From an uncultured Candidatus Saccharibacteria bacterium (GTDB taxonomy: Bacteria > Patescibacteriota > Minisyncoccia > Minisyncoccales > Minisyncoccaceae): a stretch of DNA of 54,283 nucleotides. The stretch spans positions 1-54,283 of the forward strand of contig CAZPGI010000001.1 of NCBI GenBank assembly GCA_964586365.1, given 5' to 3'. The first letter of the stretch is position 1. Every line of letters starts with the position of its first letter. The notes beneath the pieces were generated by a model. It was not told where the DNA came from. It did no database searches and saw nothing but the letters and a program-made list of their open reading frames with translations. The translations under genes were made by a program, and so were the position numbers. Shown piece after piece: positions 19,592 to 28,465 of this stretch.

Positions 19592-20294
19592 ATTTTTTTC
19601 TTCCATTTTTAACACTGTCCTTTATCAACCTATATTAAACCTTTTGATTTGGTTTTATGGTCTGGTTGGTAATTTTGGCTTAGCCATTATCATCCTTACT
19701 TTATTAATTAAAGCCCTTCTTAATCCACTTAATAAAAAAGCATTAGAATCTCAAAAAATGATGGCTGAAATGCAGCCAAAAATAAAAGAGATTCAGAATA
19801 AGTTTAAAGATGCCGAAAAACAAGGGCGAGAATTGTTAAAGCTTTATCAGGAAACCAAGTTTAATCCTTTTTCCGGAATTTTTCTTCTCCTTATCCAGTT
19901 GCCTGTTCTTTGGGCTCTTTTCAAGGTTTTTCAAAACGGCTTAAGCTTGGAAATGATAAGCGGTTTAATTTATTCTTTTGTCCCTCTGCCAACAACAATT
20001 AATCCATATTTTTTAGGTATTAATTTGGCCAACCCCAACATTCCTTTGGCTTTAATTACTGCCATTGCTCAATATATTCAGGCCAAAGGAACTACGCCTC
20101 AAGTAAAACGAGAACAAAGCCAAGACCAAATGGAGCAAGTTTCCCAAATGATCCAAAAACAAACCACTTTTTTCATTCCTGCTTTTACTTTTTTTGTTCT
20201 TTTTTCCCTGCCCTCAGCTATTGCTCTTTATTGGGTATTGACTACAATTCTAAGTATTATTCAGCAAAAACAAGTGTTTAATAAAAAAATATGA
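19584..20294 (+). CDS. yidC: Membrane protein insertase YidC (short form)
   Basis: YidC/Oxa1 core pattern (LLIKALLNPL, MQPKIKEIQNKFKD, NPFSG, LYWVLTTILSIIQQ) and synteny. Confidence 0.85.
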   Translation: MFEFFSSIFNTVLYQPILNLLIWFYGLVGNFGLAIIILTLLIKALLNPLNKKALESQKMMAEMQPKIKEIQNKFKDAEKQGRELLKLYQETKFNPFSGIFLLLIQLPVLWALFKVFQNGLSLEMISGLIYSFVPLPTTINPYFLGINLANPNIPLALITAIAQYIQAKGTTPQVKREQSQDQMEQVSQMIQKQTTFFIPAFTFFVLFSLPSAIALYWVLTTILSIIQQKQVFNKKI

Positions 20295-20764
20295 ACGAAA
20301 AAGAACTATTAGAAAAAATAGAGGAAATAATTAAGGAATTTTTTGAACGAGTTGGTTCAGAAGTAGAGATTAAAAAAATATCTTTAAGCCAAATTGACGA
20401 CCGAGAAGTTTTAACAGTTAATTTAAAAACTAAAGAAGCCAATATCTTTATTGGCAAGCAAGGGTTGGTTTTGTCTGACATTCAGTTGCTTTTGAGAAAG
20501 ATTCTTAAAAGAAAAACGAACGAAGAGCTTTTTTTAAATTTAGACATTGACGATTACAAAAAATACAAAGAAGACTATATCCGAGAGCTAGCTCAAAGTA
20601 CTGCTGATGAGGCAGTAAGCCAAAAAGAAAAAAAAGAATTGCCTTTGGCCGCAGCTTTTGATAGAAGAATAGTTTATTTAGAGCTGTCAAAAAGAACTGA
20701 TGTCAAAGTGGAAAGCCAAGGAGAAGGGGAAAACAGAAAAATTATTATTACGCCCTTAAATTAA
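20291..20764 (+). CDS. jag: Jag-like KH/R3H RNA-binding protein
   Basis: Position after yidC. KH-like IGKQGLVLSDIQ and a C-terminal R3H-like region. Confidence 0.6.
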   Translation: MNEKELLEKIEEIIKEFFERVGSEVEIKKISLSQIDDREVLTVNLKTKEANIFIGKQGLVLSDIQLLLRKILKRKTNEELFLNLDIDDYKKYKEDYIRELAQSTADEAVSQKEKKELPLAAAFDRRIVYLELSKRTDVKVESQGEGENRKIIITPLN

Positions 20765-22554
20765 ACATTCTCTTGGCTGTATTTTTTCGCCTCTCTTATC
20801 TTAATTATTTCTTCAGGAGAAGTGGTGATTATTTGGTCTTCGGTGTAAGAAGCAACAATACTAATGGCTACGTGTTTTTGGCCAGCAAAAAAGATACCTT
20901 CTCCTACCGGGCTTTCCAAGAGCAGGTATTTTTCTTGGTCAGTTAGATTAAATGTTTTTTGGACAAGATCAATAGCTGCCGGGCTTTGTTTGAGCAAAAG
21001 TTGAAGAGAAGAGTTGGTAATAATTGGCTTGCCGTATTCTGAACTAATAAAATCAGAAACATCTTGAGTAATAGTAGTTACCCCTAGCCAGTATTTTCTC
21101 GCCCGCTTGCAAATGCCGTAGAGAAAAGAGGCGCCGTCTGCTTCTTTCATCATCCACCAAGCTTCATCAACCACTAGAATTCTTTTTTTCAAGCTTACTC
21201 TAATACTGTTCCAGATATATCTCATAACAATAAACATAGCGATTGGTCTTAAGTCATCTTCCATGTCTCTGATGCCAAAAATAACCAATGATTTATCCAT
21301 GGAGATATTGGAGGGGCTATTAAAGAAAGAAGAAAAAGTGCCTTTAGTATATTTTCTCAGTCTTTCTACTAAAGATTCTGCTCCTTGCATTGTTTCCAAA
21401 ACAGATTCCAAATCAGAAAGAATAGGAATGTTTTCTTTCCATTTTTTAGGGTCAGAATATGGCGTGATGTCTTTAGCAGCATAGGTCTCCATAATTGCTC
21501 TGTCCATAATCGCATCTTCTTCAGGAGTCATTCCGCCAAGCATTATTCTCATTAAACCAACTAAGTTAACAATACTGCTTCTTAGCACATCTTCTGGTGT
21601 TTCGTCTTCTCTAGGTTCAGGTAAATCAAAAGGATTGATATGGCTTTCAGAGCTTAAAGATATTTTAAAAAAAGAACCGCCGACAGCGTCAACCAGCGGT
21701 TTGTATTCATTCTCTGGGTCAATGACAATACAATCTATCCCTAGCATCAGAGACCTAAGCAATTCTAGTTTTATAGCATAAGATTTACCAGACCCTGATT
21801 TAGCAAAAATAACCATATTGGCGTTTTCCAAACTAAAGCGGTCAAAAAGAATTAAAGAGCTATTGTGTTTATTGATACCAAACAGAATTCCTTCATTAGA
21901 ACTTAAATCAAAAGAGATAAAAGGAAATAAGCTGGAAAGCGGGCCAGTGTTTAAAGTATTATGGATTTGAAGTAAATCCATGCCGTAAGGAAAACAGGAT
22001 AATAGCCCTTCTTTTTGTTGGAGCAAGGCAGGTTTTATGTAAACTAATCTTGACTCTAAAACTGACCTTAAGTTTGTTTCAATTATTTCCAAGTCTTTTT
22101 TATTATCAGCATAAATAGTGATGTATAAGCCGAACTTAAACATTTTTTCTTGGGCTGTTTGAAGCTTATCTCTTAAATCTTCCAAATCTTGATAAGCGGT
22201 CTCTAGAGCCGGGTCTCTAATTAATCCTTTTTCTTGCCTTTCAATTATTTCTGACTGTACTTCAGTTACGCTTTTTCTTAATTGTCTTAAGATGGTTCCA
22301 GTTTCAATGGGGTGAAAGAAAAAAGATAAATCAAAAGGAGCGTCCATGTTGATAATCGGAGCTAACCAGCCCATGGTTAAATAGCGGGGATAGGAAAAGA
22401 CAAAGTATGTTTTGGAAAATTTTTCTTCAATCCTGACATAGTTTTGGTTAATTTCAATAGCCGGTGGGGCAACAATGTCCTTAGCACCAGTAACTTCTTT
22501 CTCAAACAATTTTTCTTGTTCTATTTTTTTGTTTTCTTTTTTAAATAAAGCCAT
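20761..22554 (-). CDS. VirB4-family T4SS ATPase, main (C-terminal) part
   Basis: Walker A AKSGSGKSY, Walker B ILVVDEAWWMM, followed by the TQDVSDF motif. The N-terminal region APPAIEINQNYVRIEE...YPRYLTMGWL resembles Gram-positive VirB4 homologues (Tn916 Orf16/TcpF/PrgJ type). Confidence 0.8.
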   Translation of the reverse strand: MALFKKENKKIEQEKLFEKEVTGAKDIVAPPAIEINQNYVRIEEKFSKTYFVFSYPRYLTMGWLAPIINMDAPFDLSFFFHPIETGTILRQLRKSVTEVQSEIIERQEKGLIRDPALETAYQDLEDLRDKLQTAQEKMFKFGLYITIYADNKKDLEIIETNLRSVLESRLVYIKPALLQQKEGLLSCFPYGMDLLQIHNTLNTGPLSSLFPFISFDLSSNEGILFGINKHNSSLILFDRFSLENANMVIFAKSGSGKSYAIKLELLRSLMLGIDCIVIDPENEYKPLVDAVGGSFFKISLSSESHINPFDLPEPREDETPEDVLRSSIVNLVGLMRIMLGGMTPEEDAIMDRAIMETYAAKDITPYSDPKKWKENIPILSDLESVLETMQGAESLVERLRKYTKGTFSSFFNSPSNISMDKSLVIFGIRDMEDDLRPIAMFIVMRYIWNSIRVSLKKRILVVDEAWWMMKEADGASFLYGICKRARKYWLGVTTITQDVSDFISSEYGKPIITNSSLQLLLKQSPAAIDLVQKTFNLTDQEKYLLLESPVGEGIFFAGQKHVAISIVASYTEDQIITTSPEEIIKIREAKKYSQENV

Positions 22555-22556
22555 AT

Positions 22557-23192
22557 TTAAGTAATTATTTCTGGGGGCAATTCAGGATAATATCCTAATT
22601 CAGCTTGTTTAGGGTGGTGAAGGCTCCATAAAAGCTCAATTAGTTCTTCTGTCCCCAAAGCTACTGATTTTAAACCACACCTTCTTAATCCAACAGAAAC
22701 ATATTCCATTCTTTGCCAGAGCTGGTATTTGCCTGTTTGGAAGCCTTGCTCGGTTAAAGAGCCGGCTGTTTTTTCCTTTCCTCCCCCGCCAGGCAAACTA
22801 GCCAATTCCACTAAAGGATAATAAGGGACAGCAATGTAGAAGTTTTTATTCATAATTGAGCCCCCAGCCACTAATTCTTCAATAAACCTTCTATAATCAG
22901 CGGTTTGGATTTTAAGCAATTCATTTTTTTGTTCGTCTTCCAGTTTTTTAATTTTTTCTATGTAGCCAGTGATATTGACTTTTCTAGAGTTGACGATTAT
23001 TTGACAGGAAAAATCCAAAGAATTAAGAAAATTTTGGAAGTTGAAGATAATAGCTTCTTGTTCTTCTCCTGACTTTAAAGCAAAGTTAATGGAAGATACC
23101 AAAAGAACGCCTTTTAAGGACTTATCTTTCATTATCATTACTCCTTCCCGGATTTGGTCAATTGGTATGAATTGTTGAGATGGTGTTGGCAT
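22557..23192 (-). CDS. VirB4 N-terminal-domain-like protein (separate ORF)
   Basis: IPIDQIREGVMIMKDKSLKGVLLVSSINFALKSGEEQEAIIFNFQNFLNSLDFSCQIIV matches the extreme N-terminal pattern of Gram-positive VirB4 proteins. It ends 2 nt before the next ORF, in a different frame. Confidence 0.55.
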   Translation of the reverse strand: MPTPSQQFIPIDQIREGVMIMKDKSLKGVLLVSSINFALKSGEEQEAIIFNFQNFLNSLDFSCQIIVNSRKVNITGYIEKIKKLEDEQKNELLKIQTADYRRFIEELVAGGSIMNKNFYIAVPYYPLVELASLPGGGGKEKTAGSLTEQGFQTGKYQLWQRMEYVSVGLRRCGLKSVALGTEELIELLWSLHHPKQAELGYYPELPPEIIT

Positions 23193-23611
23193 TATTTTTC
23201 AAAAAACATTTTTTTATTCAAAGCTTCAATTTTTCCGCTCGGTTTAAGTTTTAAGTTTGTTTTCTCTTCTTTTTCTTTCTCCGGCGCTTTCTTAGATGTT
23301 TTAACAGGAAGAAAAACCGGCGATTCTTTTCTGTCCCATTTGTAAACTTTGCTATTAGCAGTGTAATTGAGAAAGTTTTTGGAGACATCAACGATGCTTA
23401 ATCCTTCTACTTTCCAAAAGGCTAGAGCTAAAGCTAGCCCGAAAATAGTGCCGCAGACAATAATGTATAAAAAGAAATTACTTTTTCCTAAGCTGAAATA
23501 CAAGAAAAAACAAACTCCTAAAGCTAGACCAACATAAATACTTTGTTTGGTAGTAAAAGGACCAAGGATTTTAGGGTCATGTTCTATGAATTGAGGAATT
23601 TGAAATTGCAT
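23192..23611 (-). CDS. PrgI-family (VirB3-like) small membrane protein
   Basis: MQFQIPQFIEHDPKILGPFTTKQSIYVGLALG followed by two TM helices, which is the PrgI family pattern. Its stop overlaps the start of the next ORF by 1 nt. Confidence 0.6.
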   Translation of the reverse strand: MQFQIPQFIEHDPKILGPFTTKQSIYVGLALGVCFFLYFSLGKSNFFLYIIVCGTIFGLALALAFWKVEGLSIVDVSKNFLNYTANSKVYKWDRKESPVFLPVKTSKKAPEKEKEEKTNLKLKPSGKIEALNKKMFFEK

Positions 23612-23613
23612 AA

Positions 23614-24042
23614 TTATAAAGATTCTCGGTAGGGGTCTTGAGGATAACTTTCCCCTCCCTTTATTATATCATTTTTTTTAATATTTGCATCTTTTTCGTT
23701 AGAAATGTGTCCTTCTTTTTCTCCGTGAAGTTTATCTAAAGAAACTCTGGCGTCTTTAAAAATAGCAAGATTAATTTCTCTGGCTAATTTGTTGGCGGTT
23801 TGTTCATCAACGTTCAGTTCTAATTCCAGGGTAATGGGAAATTCTTTTAAAGGAAGTAAGCCCATTAGAACGCGGCCAGTATATTTGGCAACAAGAGAAG
23901 TTTTTTCTTCGTCTAGCCCCATTTCCGCACAAATCTTTTCCAATGTCTGATTGTTTTTTTCTGAAAACACGGCCTCTTTCAAGTCCTCGGGTAGTTTTTC
24001 ATAAGTTTTCCAAAAGAATTCTTTATCGTATTCTTGTTCCAT
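23614..24042 (-). CDS. Hypothetical acidic protein, first gene of the prgI-virB4 unit
   Basis: Intact ORF spaced 2 nt from the downstream gene. No family recognised. Confidence 0.4.
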   Translation of the reverse strand: MEQEYDKEFFWKTYEKLPEDLKEAVFSEKNNQTLEKICAEMGLDEEKTSLVAKYTGRVLMGLLPLKEFPITLELELNVDEQTANKLAREINLAIFKDARVSLDKLHGEKEGHISNEKDANIKKNDIIKGGESYPQDPYRESL

Positions 24043-24099
24043 AAACTAAAAGTTAATATATTTTATCATAAAAGGCAGGAAAGGTTCAAGTGCTTGCTA

Positions 24100-24128
24100 T
24101 TGACAAATTACTCAAATTAGTTTATTAT
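24100..24128 (+). promoter_or_regulatory. Sigma70-like promoter of the SPFH gene
   Basis: TTGACA (24100-24105), 17-nt spacer, TATTAT (24123-24128). A strong RBS aaaggagag lies just before the ATG at 24183. Confidence 0.45.
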
Positions 24129-24182
24129 TAAATTGCCTTTAATAAAAGGCATGCAACTTAAAAATTAAAAAAGGAGAGAAAA

Positions 24183-25550
24183 ATGACAGAAAAGACAAAA
24201 AAGAATGTTGAGCAGAGCAAGAATGATGAAACAGGAGTCTTCATTAATGGACTGCTTCTTATTATCGGCCCTCTTGTGGCTGTAAGCATAGCGTACAGAC
24301 TATGGCCATGGATTCCGTGGATATCTTATATCCCAGCGTGGCCCTTCTATTTATGGACAGTTCTGTTCATTCCCCTTGTCCTCTACTTCTATTGGGCGAA
24401 AAATAATGTAATTGGTTATTTTATTGAAGAAGGATATGCAATTGTTTTCGCTTGGAGTGGCAAAGCATTCGCTGGCGCTGACCTACAATATGGCGATGCT
24501 TACTTTGATTCTAATTGGAACATAGTATTTCCTGGAGAAAAGCAAGAAGAAAAAGGTTGGGACATAATAAGGTGGATAAAAAAGCCGAAAAAGTTCTTTG
24601 GTATGGGACTATATGCTTGGCCATTTAAAAGAGTGTATAAGTACAAGATGACCTGGTCAAAGAGAGATGAAGGCGGAAATCGCGTCTCTAAAACAGAAGA
24701 GCTCTCCAGGGTTTTACTCAAGCCCTATGTCTACGATATTGCTTATCAGGGCATGGAAGATAAAGACCGTATGCCTTTGAACATTGAACTGGCGACAGAG
24801 ATTCAAGTTAGAAATCCGTATAAAGCCCTTTTTGGCATAGAGAGGTGGTATAGGGCTTTGTTAAACCTAGCCGAAGGAGAGATAAGAAGATATATTGGCC
24901 AGAATCTTTATTTAGACCTAGTTAGCCGTAAAGAGGCTGGAGAAAAAGGAATTGTTAAAACGGTTGACCAAGAAATTGTTGAAAGAATACGCACAGACCT
25001 TAATGTCTTTGAAGAAAAGTTTGGGGTGAAGGTAAATAGAATAAAATTAATGCAGATTTTTCCTTCCCGAAAAGAGGACATAGAGGCAACGCTTTTAGAG
25101 ATGAGAGCTAAGCGAGAAAGAGAGGCGATAGAGACCAAGGCTAAGGCAGAGGCCTATAGGGCTGGCCAGGAACTTGCCGGAATTGTTTTAGAGGCCCTCA
25201 AGGTCTCTACAGGAAAAAGCATTGAAGTTTTGCAAGAAGAATACAGAAAAGATCCAAAGCTTTTTGAGCAGACCTACGAAACTTCTCTAAAAGAAGCTTA
25301 TGATTTTGCCAAGAGGAGGCTTGGTTTTACTCAAAAAGGAAGATTTGAGTTCATAACTTCTTGCAAAGAAGGAGAAGGCAGTAGTGATACCACCAGCAGG
25401 CTAGCAGAAATTGTCGCTGGAGTTGAGATGGCTAGAAACCAACTTCAGCTTCAAGGAAAGTCAGGAGAAGAGAACAAGAAGAAAGATAAAAGAGAGGGAG
25501 CAAGAGAAACATTAGAGAAAATTAAAAAAGAGCTCGGACACAAAGAATAG
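24183..25550 (+). CDS. SPFH/band-7 (prohibitin-like) domain membrane protein
   Basis: N-terminal TM helices, then an SPFH-like core (LNIELATEIQVRNPYKALF..., EGEIRRYIG, FGVKVNRIKLMQI), then an A/E/K-rich coiled coil. Confidence 0.55.
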   Translation: MTEKTKKNVEQSKNDETGVFINGLLLIIGPLVAVSIAYRLWPWIPWISYIPAWPFYLWTVLFIPLVLYFYWAKNNVIGYFIEEGYAIVFAWSGKAFAGADLQYGDAYFDSNWNIVFPGEKQEEKGWDIIRWIKKPKKFFGMGLYAWPFKRVYKYKMTWSKRDEGGNRVSKTEELSRVLLKPYVYDIAYQGMEDKDRMPLNIELATEIQVRNPYKALFGIERWYRALLNLAEGEIRRYIGQNLYLDLVSRKEAGEKGIVKTVDQEIVERIRTDLNVFEEKFGVKVNRIKLMQIFPSRKEDIEATLLEMRAKREREAIETKAKAEAYRAGQELAGIVLEALKVSTGKSIEVLQEEYRKDPKLFEQTYETSLKEAYDFAKRRLGFTQKGRFEFITSCKEGEGSSDTTSRLAEIVAGVEMARNQLQLQGKSGEENKKKDKREGARETLEKIKKELGHKE

Positions 25551-25565
25551 TCCGAGTATTTTTTT
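25533..25565. terminator. Bidirectional intrinsic terminator between convergent genes
   Basis: ctcggac...gtccgag 7-bp stem (25533-25556). It is flanked by an A-run upstream and a T-run downstream. Confidence 0.5.
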
Positions 25566-26037
25566 ACATTAATTCTTGAGCTATTCCTTTTTGTTTTTCT
25601 TTTTGTTCCTCGGGAAAGTATTCTTCTTCCTCTTCAATGTTCTCTTCTGTCATATCTTTTATCACATTTTCATTGTCTGCAATCCTTTTAGCAATTTCTT
25701 CAATTATCTTTTGATTTATATTTAGCTTCCCCAAAGATAATTTTAATTCTTTTTCCAGTTCATCAAAAGTTATTTCTTTGTTTATAAGTTTTTCTACTAC
25801 CTTGGCAATTGCTATGGAAGCTGATATTTCTTCTAAAGGTTTTTTCAGGGCAAGATATTCTTTTATCTTTTTGCTTTTTAAAAATTTTACTACTCTTTTT
25901 TTTTCCGGCGTTGTGGCTGACTCTAACCACTCCTTCAAAAGAGGATCGTTCTCCACGAGATTCTTTTCTAGGTCATATTGGACCACTAATTCTTCTATGA
26001 AATTTAATGTTTCTGTTGATGGTTTAATCTTCTTCAT
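25564..26037 (-). CDS. Hypothetical acidic/coiled-coil protein
   Basis: Intact ORF that overlaps the upstream VirB6-like gene by 14 nt, suggesting co-translation. No family recognised. Confidence 0.4.
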   Translation of the reverse strand: MKKIKPSTETLNFIEELVVQYDLEKNLVENDPLLKEWLESATTPEKKRVVKFLKSKKIKEYLALKKPLEEISASIAIAKVVEKLINKEITFDELEKELKLSLGKLNINQKIIEEIAKRIADNENVIKDMTEENIEEEEEYFPEEQKEKQKGIAQELM

Positions 26038-28093
26038 GTATGGTTCTGTAAATAATATCTAATTTTTTGGCTAATTGTTCATTATTTTTTCGTGCCTCTA
26101 TTTTTTCTTGATCACTGCCTTCTTTCATTAATTTTTCCAGCCTGGTTAGTTCAGCGTCAGCCTGAGCTATCCATTTATTGTTATCTTTGAAGGATTGTTT
26201 TTGTTCGTTATTCATGTTTTTGAATAAGTTCTCAATTTGTTTTTGGTCAAGAGGTTTAACGTGTTTTTCAAAATCAAAATCTTTGAAAGCTGAAGCGTCT
26301 TGAAGGGTGTTTCTTTGTTCTTGGGTTCCTCTTTCATCAATGTATTTTAAATCTTTGTCAGATAAGTTTGCCCTTACAACAAGATTAGTTAGAGATATCG
26401 GCCTTATCTTCTCCTGTTTTTCTTTGGGACTCATGCCAGCCATAATGTCTGCTGTTGTTTTTTTACCGCCAGTTAATTCTGCAGCTTTGTCAGGCACGAA
26501 TTTAGCCAAGTCTTTAACGTTGAAACCATATTGTTCAGCTTCTTTAGTGTTTTTTGTTAAAGCTTCTATTTCTTTATCATTAAGTTCTTTTTTCTCCATC
26601 AATACCTGCGTGGCCTGGTATTTCTTTATCTTTCCTTCCGGGGTGTAGGCAACAGAATTGGCTATTTCTCTAACTTGGTCGGTCTTTAATTTTTCCATCG
26701 GTGCTTTGAATTCTTCAAATTGTTTTTTTCTCATAGTTTCTGCTGTGCCAGGTTTTTCAATGGTTAGAACTTCTTTGGCTCTAGTTGCCCATTGCTTGAC
26801 CTCTTCTTGTTCTAAAGGAGCCTTTACTACATTCATTAATCCGCCTACTGTTGTTATTTTTTCTTTTTCATTAACCTTGGCGTTTAAGGCTTCAGTAGCC
26901 CCAGTTTTTACCCCTCCATACAATCCTCCGGCTAAAGAATAAGCAGCCCTTGTCGCCCGCCCTTCGTCTTTCTTTAAATCAGCTTGAGTTTTAGCTCCTG
27001 TGTAAGCTCCTGTAACAAATCCTGTTCCAGCAGCAGCTAGTCTACCAGCAGCTTGTCTTCCGTAACCAGTTGCCATTTCTCCTATTTGGCCGCCAGAAGA
27101 AATAGTAATAAAAAAGCCGATGATAAGAAAAGCAAGGGGAATTATCAAAGTAAAAAGACTGCCTACTGCCCCTAAGCTTCCTGTTGGTGTGGAGACAAAT
27201 GAACCGCTGAACATTATTTTCTCTGATAAATAGATAAAAAAAGCAGCTGGAATGCCAATAACTACCCATTGTAAGAAAGTTTTCCACCAATCATCCCAAT
27301 AGGTGATACTTGGAAAAACAGCTTTAATATATTTACTTTGAGGAAGAACCTTGCTGGCAAAAGCAATCGGAGAAACTATAACTAAGAACCATAAAACAAT
27401 ATGTCTAGCTATGAATAAAAAAGCATAAAGAAAGTATATTACAGCAGAAAGAATAGCGAACAAAAGATAAGCTATTGGAACCACAGGATTACTCAAGGAA
27501 AAAGAATTAGAAATTAGCCCTTCAGTAATTGTTTCTGTTAAATTATTGCTAATATCTCCAGTTAAGAACAAGCCCATAATTTTATCAGCAAAATCAATAA
27601 TTATGCCGCAAAATACTGGAGTGAAATTAATTAAAATAGCTATAAGGACAAAGTTAATTAAAGCTTTTTTTGCTTTGGTTTCTTGATAGCCGACAATAAT
27701 ACTGATAGCAATGGCTACTAAGCCAAAAATTAAAACAACATTAGCCAAATCTCTAGTCGTTCCCCATCCGCTCTGAACAATTGGATTGTTTTGGATAACT
27801 GTGCCCATAAAGTCAGGACTAATCACCCAATTTAGAAGTGATTGGCCAATGCTTAATATGCCCTGAGCTATAGAAGAAGCAAGGAGGGTGAGGGCAGCTA
27901 TAATTACAGAACCAAGACTAAGAGATGATTCGTTGTTTGCTCCTTCTCCCCCTGCTCCCATGTCGCGCAGCATATCAGACAGTTTGCTAACTAGGTTAAT
28001 GTAGGTTATAACTTGGGCTTTTGCCAAAATAGGGATAAGAACAATTATTAAGCAAAAGGAAATAATAAGTATTTTTTTAGTTGAAGATTTCAT
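26024..28093 (-). CDS. Polytopic membrane protein, VirB6/TrbL-like by architecture and context
   Basis: Signal peptide, then an approximately 8-helix hydrophobic core, then a roughly 330-aa K/E-rich hydrophilic tail. This is the usual layout of T4SS channel subunits. The call is contextual. Confidence 0.45.
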   Translation of the reverse strand: MKSSTKKILIISFCLIIVLIPILAKAQVITYINLVSKLSDMLRDMGAGGEGANNESSLSLGSVIIAALTLLASSIAQGILSIGQSLLNWVISPDFMGTVIQNNPIVQSGWGTTRDLANVVLIFGLVAIAISIIVGYQETKAKKALINFVLIAILINFTPVFCGIIIDFADKIMGLFLTGDISNNLTETITEGLISNSFSLSNPVVPIAYLLFAILSAVIYFLYAFLFIARHIVLWFLVIVSPIAFASKVLPQSKYIKAVFPSITYWDDWWKTFLQWVVIGIPAAFFIYLSEKIMFSGSFVSTPTGSLGAVGSLFTLIIPLAFLIIGFFITISSGGQIGEMATGYGRQAAGRLAAAGTGFVTGAYTGAKTQADLKKDEGRATRAAYSLAGGLYGGVKTGATEALNAKVNEKEKITTVGGLMNVVKAPLEQEEVKQWATRAKEVLTIEKPGTAETMRKKQFEEFKAPMEKLKTDQVREIANSVAYTPEGKIKKYQATQVLMEKKELNDKEIEALTKNTKEAEQYGFNVKDLAKFVPDKAAELTGGKKTTADIMAGMSPKEKQEKIRPISLTNLVVRANLSDKDLKYIDERGTQEQRNTLQDASAFKDFDFEKHVKPLDQKQIENLFKNMNNEQKQSFKDNNKWIAQADAELTRLEKLMKEGSDQEKIEARKNNEQLAKKLDIIYRTIHEED

Positions 28094-28115
28094 AGTTTGC
28101 CCTTATTATTTTTTG

Positions 28116-28134
28116 TGGTATAATTATTATACCA
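28116..28134. promoter_or_regulatory. Palindromic pair of divergent extended -10 promoters
   Basis: tggtataat-t-attatacca is a perfect 9-bp inverted repeat. Each arm reads TGnTATAAT toward one of the two divergent operons (starts at 28093 and 28162). Confidence 0.5.
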
Positions 28135-28161
28135 TTATTTTATTTTACATGCAATATATTT

Positions 28162-28464
28162 ATGTCAAAGAGTCTTGACCTTAGTCCAGAAACAGTGCTT
28201 ATGCTTTCTTGGGCTGGATTGATAGATTTAATAGAAATAATTCTTCTTTGTTTTGCTTTAGATGATGTTGGTATTCTTGACCTTATCAGCACAATTACAA
28301 TCGGAGGCTGGATGTTTTTAAGAGAAGGGAAAACAGTTAATTTTAAAGCGCAAAGAAAAAGGCTGGTACGTTTTTTAGCAGGAATGGGGATAGAGATTGT
28401 CCCTTATCTTGGCGCTTTGCCCATGGTCACTGTTATTACTTATTTAACCTTAAAAGAAGATTAA
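28162..28464 (+). CDS. Small membrane protein (100 aa)
   Basis: Three hydrophobic segments. It ends 1 nt before the next gene. No family recognised. Confidence 0.45.
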   Translation: MSKSLDLSPETVLMLSWAGLIDLIEIILLCFALDDVGILDLISTITIGGWMFLREGKTVNFKAQRKRLVRFLAGMGIEIVPYLGALPMVTVITYLTLKED

Positions 28465-28465
28465 A

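Noticed and set aside
19090-19615. Long minus-strand ORFs (19090-19584, 19352-19615) antisense to rpmH/rnpA.
   Set aside because: They are Phe/Ser/Leu-rich translations of the complement of Lys/Glu-rich genes. The plus strand encodes clearly recognisable L34 and RnpA.
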